This document shows, piece by piece, positions 42,311 through 51,771 of a stretch of 64,000 bases of DNA (positions within the stretch are counted from its first letter, which is position 1; every line of letters starts with the position of its first letter). The stretch covers positions 686,980-750,979 of the forward strand of contig CAWBPM010000002.1 of the NCBI GenBank assembly GCA_963790825.1, given 5' to 3'. The notes beneath the pieces are model-generated. The model searched no databases. It was not told the DNA's origin and worked only from the letters and a program-made list of their open reading frames with translations. Source of the stretch: Candidatus Levyibacteriota bacterium. Lineage in GTDB: Bacteria > Patescibacteriota > Microgenomatia > Levybacterales > UBA12049. Both the position numbers and the translations under genes were made by a program.

Positions 42311-42601
42311 ATGGAAAAAGAAGAATTTATAACAGAAAAAGCATTGCAGCAACTTTCCGGCGATCATGTTCTAAGTGCCCATAGAATACTGCGACTTGGG
42401 AATATAGAACTACCATTTGGTCCATATAGAGTTGTTGAGACAAGACCAGAGACTGACAGAAGATATTATTCTGAGCCGCAAGCAATGTATCCATCATATA
42501 CGACAATTATTGCACAAGTTCCAGGAGCTAGATCGGCAGAAGAAGCTCTTGCCAGGTATAACAGTCATCATGGGAGAAAAGATCATGTTAAAAAGGTTTA
42601 A
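42311..42601 (+). CDS. Hypothetical protein between nusG and rplK
   Basis: 96-aa ORF from ATG 4 nt after nusG stop. Confidence 0.55.
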   Translation: MEKEEFITEKALQQLSGDHVLSAHRILRLGNIELPFGPYRVVETRPETDRRYYSEPQAMYPSYTTIIAQVPGARSAEEALARYNSHHGRKDHVKKV

Positions 42602-42643
42602 TTAATTCTGAATTATAAATTTTGAATTCTAAATTATTAAAGT

Positions 42644-43069
42644 ATGGCTAAAAAAATTAAAACAATCATTAAACTAAATATTCCGGCCGGAGCCGCGACG
42701 CCTGCACCGCCTGTTGGACCGGCTCTAGGTCAACACGGACTGCCGATTATGGAGTTTGTGAAAGCGTATAACGATAGAACTCAGGACCAAAAAGGCAATA
42801 TTTTACCGGTCGTGATTACGGTATTTGAAGACCGCACATTTACTTTTATTACAAAAAAACCGCCGGTTGCCGAGATGATTAAAAAAGCCATGAGCCGGGA
42901 AAAAGGTTCACAAAAGCCGGGACGTGAGAAAGCAGGGACAATTTCCCTATCTCAAGCACGAAAAATTGCTGAAGATAAGCTTGAAGATCTAAACACTACC
43001 AATGTCGATCAGGCAGTAAAAGTCGTTATGGGCACAGCCCGGTCAATGGGCGTAGAAGTAGCAGGTTAA
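42644..43069 (+). CDS. rplK: 50S ribosomal protein L11
   Basis: [22 protein letters not shown]. Confidence 0.98.
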   Translation: MAKKIKTIIKLNIPAGAATPAPPVGPALGQHGLPIMEFVKAYNDRTQDQKGNILPVVITVFEDRTFTFITKKPPVAEMIKKAMSREKGSQKPGREKAGTISLSQARKIAEDKLEDLNTTNVDQAVKVVMGTARSMGVEVAG

Positions 43070-43130
43070 ATGCCAAACAAAAACAAGTATTTAGAAATTA
43101 GAATTTAGAATTTCTCCTGAAAGGAGCTTT

Positions 43131-43970
43131 ATGGGAAAAATTAGAATTAAAACACTCGGCGATGAAACAGTCGAAAAAAAACAAAGAGAAGAGGCTCGTC
43201 TCGATCGAGAAGCTAAGCAGGCAAAAAAGCAAGCAGAAGCAAAAAAAATCGAAGCCGAAAAAGAAATGGGGCAAAAAGCCGAAGAGGTAAAAGTTACTGA
43301 AGCTCCTAAGTCTCAGGAGAAAGCAGCTAGTAGTGAAGAAAAGAAAAAAACAGTAAAGAAAAAGTTTGCTTTGAAAAGAGCGCAAAAGCATGGTGTAAAT
43401 TATGTAAACGTCGCGAAATTGGTAGAAAAAAACAAATCGTACTCCTTAGCTGAAGCACTTGTTGTTTTGCCGAAACTGAAACGGGCGAAGTTTGATGAAA
43501 CAGTCGAGCTACATATTAATACAACTCAGGCAGTTTCCGGCAATATGACACTTCCCCACGGAACCGGTAAGAAAATGCGCGTTGCGATCGCGGATGACGA
43601 CGTAATTGCCAAAGTTAGCAGTGGAAAAATTGATTTTGATATTCTTCTTGCTCAGCCGCAAATGATGCCAAAATTGGCAAAAGTTGCCCGTATCTTAGGC
43701 CCGAAGGGCTTGATGCCAAATCCAAAAAACGGCACAATAACAGCAAAACCTGAAGAAGTAGCAAAGAAATATGAAGGCGGCCAAATTAATTTTAAGTCAG
43801 AAGCGAAGTTTCCCATCCTTCATCTGACAGTAGGAAAACTCTCTTTTGCTGAAAAAAAGCTTGGGGAAAATATTGAAACAGCAATCAGAGCAGTCGGATC
43901 GCAAAATATTAAGACTTTAACATTAAAATCTACTATGAGTCCGGGAATCAAACTCAATCCTTTATTGTAA
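43131..43970 (+). CDS. rplA: 50S ribosomal protein L1 with Lys/Glu/Ala-rich N-terminal extension
   Basis: KFDETVELH, LPHGTGK, LGPKGLMPNPKNGT, STMSPG. Confidence 0.96.
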   Translation: MGKIRIKTLGDETVEKKQREEARLDREAKQAKKQAEAKKIEAEKEMGQKAEEVKVTEAPKSQEKAASSEEKKKTVKKKFALKRAQKHGVNYVNVAKLVEKNKSYSLAEALVVLPKLKRAKFDETVELHINTTQAVSGNMTLPHGTGKKMRVAIADDDVIAKVSSGKIDFDILLAQPQMMPKLAKVARILGPKGLMPNPKNGTITAKPEEVAKKYEGGQINFKSEAKFPILHLTVGKLSFAEKKLGENIETAIRAVGSQNIKTLTLKSTMSPGIKLNPLL

Positions 43971-44019
43971 AAATACTTTCTTCCTTGCGCGAATCCAAAT
44001 AATCTGCTATTATAGTCAA

Positions 44020-44190
44020 GTCCAAAGACAGCAAGCGACGGGAAATGACCCAGTACCTTTGGGTACAGAAAAATAAGCCTTGCCGAGGAACGCAAAGAAT
44101 TCAGAGTTATGAATTCTTAATTCAGAATTAAATTATGAATTTTGAATTATAGATTCTGAATTAAACTGGCTCCTCAAAGGAGCTTTTTTT
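44020..44190 (+). promoter_or_regulatory. L10 leader with attenuator terminator
   Basis: CCAAAGACAGCAAG...CTTGCCGAGG matches the L10-leader core; GCTCCTCAAAGGAGC-T7 downstream; promoter TTGCGC..TATTAT upstream. Confidence 0.75.
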
Positions 44191-44259
44191 ATGAGCTTTT
44201 GTGAAAAAAGCGAACCCCCGAAGCTTTAACGAAAGATGGGTGAATACTTTTATAATATT

Positions 44260-44826
44260 ATGGATAAAATAAGTACAAACAGACAAAAGAAAGAAGCGAT
44301 CGTCGCTGAGGTTTCTGAAAAAGTTCAGCGGGCTCGTGGCATGGTCTTTGCCAATTATCAAGGACTTACCCACCACCAGCTTGAAAGTATTAAAAAAGCT
44401 GCCAGATCGGTCGAAGCAGAATTCGTGGCGACAAAAAATACGCTCCTTCTGAGGACTTTGAAAGATAAAAATTTAACTGATGATGAGAAAAAACACTTTA
44501 AACGCCCGACGGCAACACTTTTTATGTACAATGATGTGGTCGAACCTCTGAAACAGCTTGCGAAAACGATTAAAGAATTGCAGATGCCGGTTGTTAAATT
44601 CGCTATTATTTCCCGCGAAGCGGGATCCGACTCCGCCAGAGAAGGGTTTCAGGTACTAGCAGCTGATCAGGTAATGAGACTTTCTACTTTACCGCCACTT
44701 CCCGTTCTTCGCGCGCAGCTTTTAGGACAAATGAACTCCCCGATTCAGGGTTTACATAGAGCACTGCAGTGGAATCTTAAGTCTCTTGTTATGACACTAG
44801 ATGCTATTGTTCAAAAAAAACAGTAA
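44260..44826 (+). CDS. rplJ: 50S ribosomal protein L10 with 10-aa palindromic insert
   Basis: KKEAIVAE, YQGLT, KNTLL, LSTLP; start chosen at MDKIS. Confidence 0.93.
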   Translation: MDKISTNRQKKEAIVAEVSEKVQRARGMVFANYQGLTHHQLESIKKAARSVEAEFVATKNTLLLRTLKDKNLTDDEKKHFKRPTATLFMYNDVVEPLKQLAKTIKELQMPVVKFAIISREAGSDSAREGFQVLAADQVMRLSTLPPLPVLRAQLLGQMNSPIQGLHRALQWNLKSLVMTLDAIVQKKQ

Positions 44827-44931
44827 TTTTCAGTTTCTAATTTTTAATTTTCATTGAATGAATTAATTTTTAAACATTTAGTAATTGATTATTGATTGAG
44901 AATTGATAATTCTCCTGAAAGGAGGTGTATT

Positions 44932-45327
44932 ATGGCAAATAAATTAACTAAGGAACAACTTATGGAAGCAATCGGGGAGATGTCTGTTTTGGAACTTTCT
45001 GACTTGGTGAAGGCACTGGAGGAAAAATTCGGTGTTTCAAGTGCAGTAATGGCGACTCCTGCAGCTAGCACAAACGCAGTCGCGTCTGACGCGACAGCCC
45101 CGGCAGAAGAACAAACTGTATTTAATGTTGTTCTTGCAAGTTCCGGAGCACAGAAAATTGCAGTTATTAAAGCACTTCGCGAACTCGTCCCGACACTTGG
45201 TCTTAAGGAAGCAAAAGACCTAGTCGACGGCGCGCCAAAAGAAGTTATGGCTCAAGTCAATAAGAAAACAGCTGAAGAAGCGAAAACAAAATTAACAACC
45301 GCCGGTGCAACAGTTGAGTTGAAGTAA
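44932..45327 (+). CDS. rplL: 50S ribosomal protein L7/L12
   Basis: [29 protein letters not shown]; SD AAGGAGGT before ATG 44932. Confidence 0.97.
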   Translation: MANKLTKEQLMEAIGEMSVLELSDLVKALEEKFGVSSAVMATPAASTNAVASDATAPAEEQTVFNVVLASSGAQKIAVIKALRELVPTLGLKEAKDLVDGAPKEVMAQVNKKTAEEAKTKLTTAGATVELK

Positions 45328-45388
45328 TATATTACCTCGTCAATTATTATCTGAAAAATATTTTTGATAAAAGGCGAGGTAATATTGT
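45327..45388. terminator. Long hairpin after rplL
   Basis: ATATTACCTCG...CGAGGTAATAT arms. Confidence 0.5.
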
Positions 45389-45939
45389 ATAAATACTGTT
45401 ATTCCTCTTCCCTATCTTCAAATTTGCCTCTTGGTAGATATAGTTAATTATCAGTCAATATCTTGTATATTTCTTTATATTATTATTCCAAGTAATGTAA
45501 TATTTATTGAGTAAAATTATGCAGCAATTTGTCTAAGCCTGTATTTCAGTCTTTCAGGCTTATAAAATCGTATTAGATCAGCCTGACTCTCTCAATTTTT
45601 CTGAACTATACTTTTTTAGCTGTCCTTATTAGGTATTTTTAGCCTTTATTTCCCATAATTAAAGAAATATCCATGTTTATACCTACTATAAATCGTGTCT
45701 CTGTGAAAACTCAAAAAATCAGAAAATTGCGAAAGATCCGTTTAGTTCAATTATTTGTTCATTTTCTGCTGGTTTTTATCTAATCTAAGACATAGGATGA
45801 CCAAAAGTACCACAAAAAACTGTTCAGCGCTCCCCCAAATAATTCCCGAAAAACTCTTTGCAGCGTTTATGTGAAAATTCGGTAAAAACTTAATTCCCGA
45901 AAACTATCTTGTCATTTTGGGAGGACTGAAAGCTATTTT

Positions 45940-46025
45940 GTCATGCTGGAGCAAAGCGATAGCATCTTCTTAATGAGAGACTCTATCGCCACATTCAGTT
46001 TACATGAACGTGACTCCAGAATAAC
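45940..46025. repeat. GTCAT-type palindromic element, intergenic
   Basis: GTCATGCTGGAGCAAAGCGATAGCATC...GACTCTATCG...CTCCAGAATAAC; half copy at 45911. Confidence 0.85.
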
Positions 46026-46135
46026 ATGACTAGCACTTATTTTATATTACAGTCTTGTCTTAGTAGCGAGAGATAAAATACATCTTTCCCTAAACGACGC
46101 GTCCTAGGGCATCCTGGAGGTTTTTAGCTTCGAAA

Positions 46136-46280
46136 TTATTGTAGATTTTTGTAGTTTAACCGCTTTTTGAAAAGACTTTTACGAAATCCGCCTTCCTTCA
46201 TATGTTTTTCCTTCAATGAGGTTATAAGTTTATCTATCAGATAATTCGTCTATTTCTCTTATCTCCCCTATCTCCTTAAG
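46136..46280 (-). pseudogene. Remnant of four-helix-bundle suffix-domain gene
   Basis: TNYLIDKLITSLKEKHMKEGGFRKSLFKKR preceded by 9-nt-period GGAGATAGG repeats. Confidence 0.6.
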
Positions 46281-46312
46281 GTGTTCCTGTTAACGGGCCT
46301 GCCCCGTTACTG

Positions 46313-46412
46313 GTCATCCTGGCCCCTAGGTCTTTAGTCTAGGGATCTAAGGACTTGACCAGGATTTACAACTTGATTCTGGAGTCGTCGCGTTTCTTCT
46401 CCCCAGAATGAC
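46313..46412. repeat. GTCAT-type palindromic element just after LamG stop
   Basis: GTCATCCTGG...CCAGGATT...GATTCTGG...CCAGAATGAC. Confidence 0.8.
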
Positions 46413-46416
46413 GATA

Positions 46417-49400
46417 CTACGGTGAACCAGTAATGGGGGCGAAGTTTACTGCACCACCACCATTGTAGAGTAGTTTTACTTGTAAGGGGGTCAGGACATA
46501 ATTAAAGATTCGCGCGTCATCAATCTGGCCTGGGAAATTATCAAATGCTGGCCAGCCAGCCACTTGACCTATTTGAAGGTCTACGTTGTTTACTATTGAT
46601 CCACCTGATAAAGCATCTCCCGTGTACCTCTGCTGTTGTAGTACTCCGTCGGTATAAAGTGTAATTCCGGAGGAGAGCCCCGATCCGTTATATGTCGCTA
46701 CTATATGATGCCACTGTCCATCGCTTACAATCTTCATATCTTCCTTACAAGTCTCGTGACTCACATCATGCGTTACACAAAACTCTATATCTCCGAGTCC
46801 GGAATCAGCCATCAGAAAGGCGTATCCTTTTACGGAACCGTCCATTTTATTTACTATATATGTATTTGCACTACTGGAGGTTTTGATCCAAGCGGAAATC
46901 GAGAAGCTGTTAGTATATTCGAAATTAAATAATGGCGATTTTCCTACGTCTACATAATCATCAATCCCATCGAAGTTTAGACTGGAATTAAATTTACCGT
47001 TTCGTCCGTTGTACCATGCAGTCGCTCCACTAGCTATGCAAGTCCCGACTGAATCCTGGTGTCCTGTTCCCCCACCCGTACCGATTGTAATCGTCCCGTC
47101 ATTGCCAAAGCCTGAATTATCATGCGCCACAGTACCCTGGCACTCGTCAAATTTCCACCAACCTACCGGTCCTCCCCGGTTGTAGTCCCAGGCTATTTGA
47201 GCCGGTGTTCTGGCATAGTTATAGAGTTTAACAGAGTCGATAGATCCATTAAAAGCGCCTAATCCATCACCACTATTGCCAATCTTCAAGTTATAACTTG
47301 TATCTGAGTAACGTGTACCTGAACTATCTCCTTGATTACCATATGTAATTTCCCGTCCGTTAACATATATATGTACATTTGATGAGGAACCTGTACCTGC
47401 TGTCCCATTCCAAGTTACTTCAATATATTGCCACTGGTTCAATTTTATAGCATTACTCACACCGTTAACTTCCAAATGATCTGTACCAAAATCTACAGCG
47501 AACATTATCGTGTTCGTATACCCGATACTTGCACCAGTCGCAAGATATAAACCCCATCCTTTATAAGGCAAGGGGCTGCTGTCTACAGTCTGATGTTTAC
47601 CAATAATATAGTTTCCATAAGTAGCATTAACACTTTTGGGATAAATCCACGCACTGGCAGTAATTGCGGGAAGGTTATTGATACTACTTGCATGAGCTAC
47701 ACTTACATTGTCATCCAATCCGTTGAAATTTCCCGCTCCGTTATATTTTCCCGCTACCCAGTGAGCAGAGCCTGTCCCGGTCCACGTTCCGTTATTTCCG
47801 TTTCCGGAGATATCATTTACAATTGAACCGTATCTCTCGTCAAAATTCCATTCCCCTACAGGCGGATTACACATGGAAGAATCTCCGGGGACACAGTAGG
47901 TTCCTGAGGCGGAGAAACCGCTTTGTGAATTGGTATAAAGCGCCTGTATTTCATCTGCAGAAAGAGCCCGGTTATAGATACGTACTTCATCGATGGAACC
48001 GGGGAAATAAGAAGATGCTGTCCAACCGTCAAAACCGATATTGGTCGGCCAGCCGGTGAGATTGACTCCCGATGCACTGGAAATATCTAACGTACCTTTA
48101 GCTACGCCGTCAACATATGATGTGGCTAAACCGCTTCTGTTAAAAGTTACAGCTATATGATGCCATTTATTATCTCGCAGATCGTACCCGCTATCATTTT
48201 TCTCGACAAAGGGGCCGCCACTGGGATAAATTCCATAATCAAGAGCTCCGCCTGAAACCTGAAAACGGAATCTAATAGTTCCTTCGTAACTTATAATACT
48301 TTGATAATTTGCAGCGCTTGCGGTTTTAATCCAAGCTGAAAGCGTAAAGCTATTGGTACCGATAGAAAGACCGTTTGCACTGACATACTGACTCGTTCCG
48401 TTAAAACTCCCTGCATTACCGTATTTTCCCACTACCGGTGAATTACTGCTAAAACTATTTCCTGTTCCGTTAATATTATTCCCGCTGCTGTCTTTTACTT
48501 CCCCTGCCGTTCCATTCCACGAGAGCAGTGGTTCATCCATCTTCCAATACCCCACCAATCCATTGGTTAGAGTACTGGAGTAAGCTCCTAAGACTGTAGC
48601 AGAGTTGTGGTTATAATCCATCTGGATTTCCGAGGAAGTTAAGATATAATTATAGAATTTTAAATCATCTATTGCCCCATAAAAATAACTATCACTCCCA
48701 TTTCGTGAACCTATACTATAATTTGAAGCAACTGTTGTCGTGTCACCACCATCATTTGCCGTTACTTTTAGCTTTCCATCAACATATGCATAGATTTTAT
48801 TACCTGGATCTCGGACACAAGCGACATAATGCCATTTATTGTCACGTAAATCTACTGTATCACGTGCATAATAGTCAGTCGGATTATTGTAATATTCACA
48901 AGATAATAATCCATTATACAGATATGCAGATATAGGTTCTATTGTACTAGAATTCCCTTTATAGAATATTCTTTCATATGTATTGCCGGATACAACTGCT
49001 CGGATCCAAGCTGAAACTGTATACGCATTTGTATTTATTGAGCCTGTACTCGCAAGGCTAATATAATTACTTGAACCATTAAAGTTCACAGCTCTACCAA
49101 ATTTACCGTCGTTTATCCAGGTTGCACCACTTATATTTCCGTTCCATGTGGCGCCTCCGTTTCCTGCATTGTTCGCAGTGGTTCCGTAGCCTTCATCAAA
49201 CTTCCAATACCCAATAGGTCCTGACCTTCCTCCGCCAACTGAAACAGTCGATGCTCCCCCGTTCATATCCTGGATGATTTGTTTTTGCGAGATAGCGTAG
49301 TTATAGATACGGACGTCATCAATTATACCCATCCACCGATAATTATTTTGAATTGACCCAATCTCTAGTGAGTTTGAAGTAGTAGATGTCCCAGTAAGAA

Positions 49401-51729
49401 TTGCTGATCCCGCAAGTATGCCATTTGAATAAACACTAACGGTAGTACCTTTTCTGACCATTGTTAGATATTGCCATTGATTATATAAAGGTCCAGTACC
49501 GGATGCCGGAGTTATGGTTGCGGTACTTAATCCTGCATAAACGTCATATGTATTCCCAGTTGTAAATAGATTGAGACCATATTCACAGTTTGCAGCACCA
49601 TTATCTTTGCAGAAAATTTGCTCTGATACGAATTGTGCAGCATCTGTATTATAAGTCCATGCACTGACAGTAAAATCGCCACCACCAAGTTCTATATTGC
49701 TTTTGTCAGGTATACTTACATAATTATCCGTTCCGTTGAAATTTCCTCCCCAGCCATATTTTCCCTGTTTCCATTGACTTCCCAGAGTTCCCTGCCAAGT
49801 TCCATTATTTCCATAACCTGATTTATCTGTCAAAGTTGAACCCGTTGCATCCTCAAAGTTATAATACGCTACCGGTCCTGGGGCATAGTTATATAAATTT
49901 TGTATGTCCTGCTGTGATAGAATACGATTATAGATACGCACTTCGTCGATTGACCCCTTCCACCACTCATTATAAAGACCGCATAGAGTATAACCTGGCC
50001 CACTACATTGTGCTCCGATAGTATAATTAATAGTTGTGTTGTTTGGAGCACAAGCTGCAGTCATTTTTAACACTCCGTCAACATATACTTCTACGTTTTT
50101 TCCATCATAGGTATTAACCCAGAAATGCCAATTGCCGTCGCTAACTGATGCGCCGGAATCATAATCATTGGTTCCTTGACAGAATGCTCCGGCATCCCCA
50201 CCAACCATTTCCATCTGCCAACCGTGAACCCCGCCGCCATCTTCGGCGCTAAATACCTCCGCTAAAGCTTTTTTTGTAGTTTTTACCCACGCGCTTGAGG
50301 TAAGAACGCTCCCAACATTAAGACTACTGGAATTAGGTATGCCTACAAAGTTATCAACCCCGTCAAATTGTCCGGCATTACCGAATTTCCCCGGACTTCC
50401 CGAATAGGCTTTACTTTTGGTCGGGCCTTGGGCTGTCCCGTTATTGCCATTACCGGATGAATCAATAACTTCATTTAGTGTTCCGCTCCAAGTCGCTTCA
50501 TCCATCTTCCAGTACCCAACGAGTCCGTTATTCAAAGCTGAGAATTGGTTATTGGTCGCAACTCCCATCACTGCACCTGCGCCTTTTGCGCTTCCCCGGG
50601 AATTATAATCGGCCTTCACCTGCGCGTCAGACCGGGCGTAGGGGTAGATCTTCACTTCATCGAGTCTACCATTATAAAGTAGTGACGGCCCTGTTGAACT
50701 GCCAAAATATACCTGATTAAACGTATGTAACGATCCGGATTGCGAAACAGACGTAGCGTTCGGAAGTCCGTTGAGATAAAGACGGACATTCGAACCGTCA
50801 TACGTCACTGATACGAAATACCACTGGTTAGCTGAGATTGTAGAATTTGTAGTAATACCTACTACACTATTACTGGCATTTCTCACATAACAATCAATCT
50901 GATTAGTGGCGTCAAACTGACAATAAACAATACCTTGGGAGCTGCCGCTGTCATAACCTACGACGTGCGCAGTCCAACTGCTCCAGTTAGGCGCGGCTTT
51001 AAACCAGTAGCTCAACGTCACGCCACTAAAAGACGGATAGGAATAAGATGATGCTAGCGCATAACTTGAGCTTCCGTTAAATGACAAACATTTTCCGCTG
51101 ACACACTGGTCCTCTGTCTGCCAGGAAGGAGATGTGGTACCACTCAATGTGCCATCGTTGTGGTTAATTGTATTGTCATGCACCGTTGTACCATACCCTT
51201 CATCAAATTTCCAGTAGGCCACTGGCTGGCCGAATGAACCCATGTAAACGCCTGGATTTGCGAAATTGTACCAACCGACATCTTGTGACCATACATAACC
51301 GGAAAATGCTCCTGATTGTAGGTCAATCCTTACATTACTGTTGTTGTTACTAAAGTATAAATATTCTCCCGAATTCATTATGTATGCCTTTCCGCTCACC
51401 ACTCCGTTACCCAAGTTCAGGGTTACCGGCCCTGATGGATTATCTGTTGAACCGAATGCTACCCAGCCTAAATCTTCTGAAAAAGCATATCCAGAAAAAA
51501 CACCCGTATTAGTGTCAATTGTGACGTTGCTGTTGTAATTGGTGAAGTCCAGATACGCTCCGGTATTAGCAGCAGTCGCCTTACCGGTGACTTTTACAAT
51601 TGAGGCAAAGGCAGGAGAGGCTGATGCAAGGAAAAATCCTCCTGTCAGAAATAGCAAACATAACAAAATAAGCCGTTTAACTTTGACTCCCATATTATAA
51701 ATATTATAACTTTTCCTTTTGCTTGACAA
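46417..51729 (-). CDS. Secreted protein with seven LamG/ConA-like domains
   Basis: Signal peptide; seven P(V/I)xxWxxDE-type starts and F.G.IDEV.IY motifs; true start probably MGVKVK. Confidence 0.9.
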   Translation of the reverse strand: MSSKRKSYNIYNMGVKVKRLILLCLLFLTGGFFLASASPAFASIVKVTGKATAANTGAYLDFTNYNSNVTIDTNTGVFSGYAFSEDLGWVAFGSTDNPSGPVTLNLGNGVVSGKAYIMNSGEYLYFSNNNSNVRIDLQSGAFSGYVWSQDVGWYNFANPGVYMGSFGQPVAYWKFDEGYGTTVHDNTINHNDGTLSGTTSPSWQTEDQCVSGKCLSFNGSSSYALASSYSYPSFSGVTLSYWFKAAPNWSSWTAHVVGYDSGSSQGIVYCQFDATNQIDCYVRNASNSVVGITTNSTISANQWYFVSVTYDGSNVRLYLNGLPNATSVSQSGSLHTFNQVYFGSSTGPSLLYNGRLDEVKIYPYARSDAQVKADYNSRGSAKGAGAVMGVATNNQFSALNNGLVGYWKMDEATWSGTLNEVIDSSGNGNNGTAQGPTKSKAYSGSPGKFGNAGQFDGVDNFVGIPNSSSLNVGSVLTSSAWVKTTKKALAEVFSAEDGGGVHGWQMEMVGGDAGAFCQGTNDYDSGASVSDGNWHFWVNTYDGKNVEVYVDGVLKMTAACAPNNTTINYTIGAQCSGPGYTLCGLYNEWWKGSIDEVRIYNRILSQQDIQNLYNYAPGPVAYYNFEDATGSTLTDKSGYGNNGTWQGTLGSQWKQGKYGWGGNFNGTDNYVSIPDKSNIELGGGDFTVSAWTYNTDAAQFVSEQIFCKDNGAANCEYGLNLFTTGNTYDVYAGLSTATITPASGTGPLYNQWQYLTMVRKGTTVSVYSNGILAGSAILTGTSTTSNSLEIGSIQNNYRWMGIIDDVRIYNYAISQKQIIQDMNGGASTVSVGGGRSGPIGYWKFDEGYGTTANNAGNGGATWNGNISGATWINDGKFGRAVNFNGSSNYISLASTGSINTNAYTVSAWIRAVVSGNTYERIFYKGNSSTIEPISAYLYNGLLSCEYYNNPTDYYARDTVDLRDNKWHYVACVRDPGNKIYAYVDGKLKVTANDGGDTTTVASNYSIGSRNGSDSYFYGAIDDLKFYNYILTSSEIQMDYNHNSATVLGAYSSTLTNGLVGYWKMDEPLLSWNGTAGEVKDSSGNNINGTGNSFSSNSPVVGKYGNAGSFNGTSQYVSANGLSIGTNSFTLSAWIKTASAANYQSIISYEGTIRFRFQVSGGALDYGIYPSGGPFVEKNDSGYDLRDNKWHHIAVTFNRSGLATSYVDGVAKGTLDISSASGVNLTGWPTNIGFDGWTASSYFPGSIDEVRIYNRALSADEIQALYTNSQSGFSASGTYCVPGDSSMCNPPVGEWNFDERYGSIVNDISGNGNNGTWTGTGSAHWVAGKYNGAGNFNGLDDNVSVAHASSINNLPAITASAWIYPKSVNATYGNYIIGKHQTVDSSPLPYKGWGLYLATGASIGYTNTIMFAVDFGTDHLEVNGVSNAIKLNQWQYIEVTWNGTAGTGSSSNVHIYVNGREITYGNQGDSSGTRYSDTSYNLKIGNSGDGLGAFNGSIDSVKLYNYARTPAQIAWDYNRGGPVGWWKFDECQGTVAHDNSGFGNDGTITIGTGGGTGHQDSVGTCIASGATAWYNGRNGKFNSSLNFDGIDDYVDVGKSPLFNFEYTNSFSISAWIKTSSSANTYIVNKMDGSVKGYAFLMADSGLGDIEFCVTHDVSHETCKEDMKIVSDGQWHHIVATYNGSGLSSGITLYTDGVLQQQRYTGDALSGGSIVNNVDLQIGQVAGWPAFDNFPGQIDDARIFNYVLTPLQVKLLYNGGGAVNFAPITGSP

Positions 51730-51771
51730 GCAAGGGTAAAGAAATTAGTATAAAAGGGAAAGTAAAATAAT

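Noticed and set aside
44896-44931. Upstream TTG start of rplL in the ORF track
   Set aside because: Strong SD precedes ATG 44932; the extension derives from the heptamer array
45838-45905. Direct repeat TAATTCCCGAAAA, two copies
   Set aside because: Two short copies in AT-rich DNA; no function can be supported
45328-46416. DGR template repeat or reverse transcriptase near the DUF1566 genes
   Set aside because: No AAC-rich copy of the variable region and no RT ORF here or at 53509-53741
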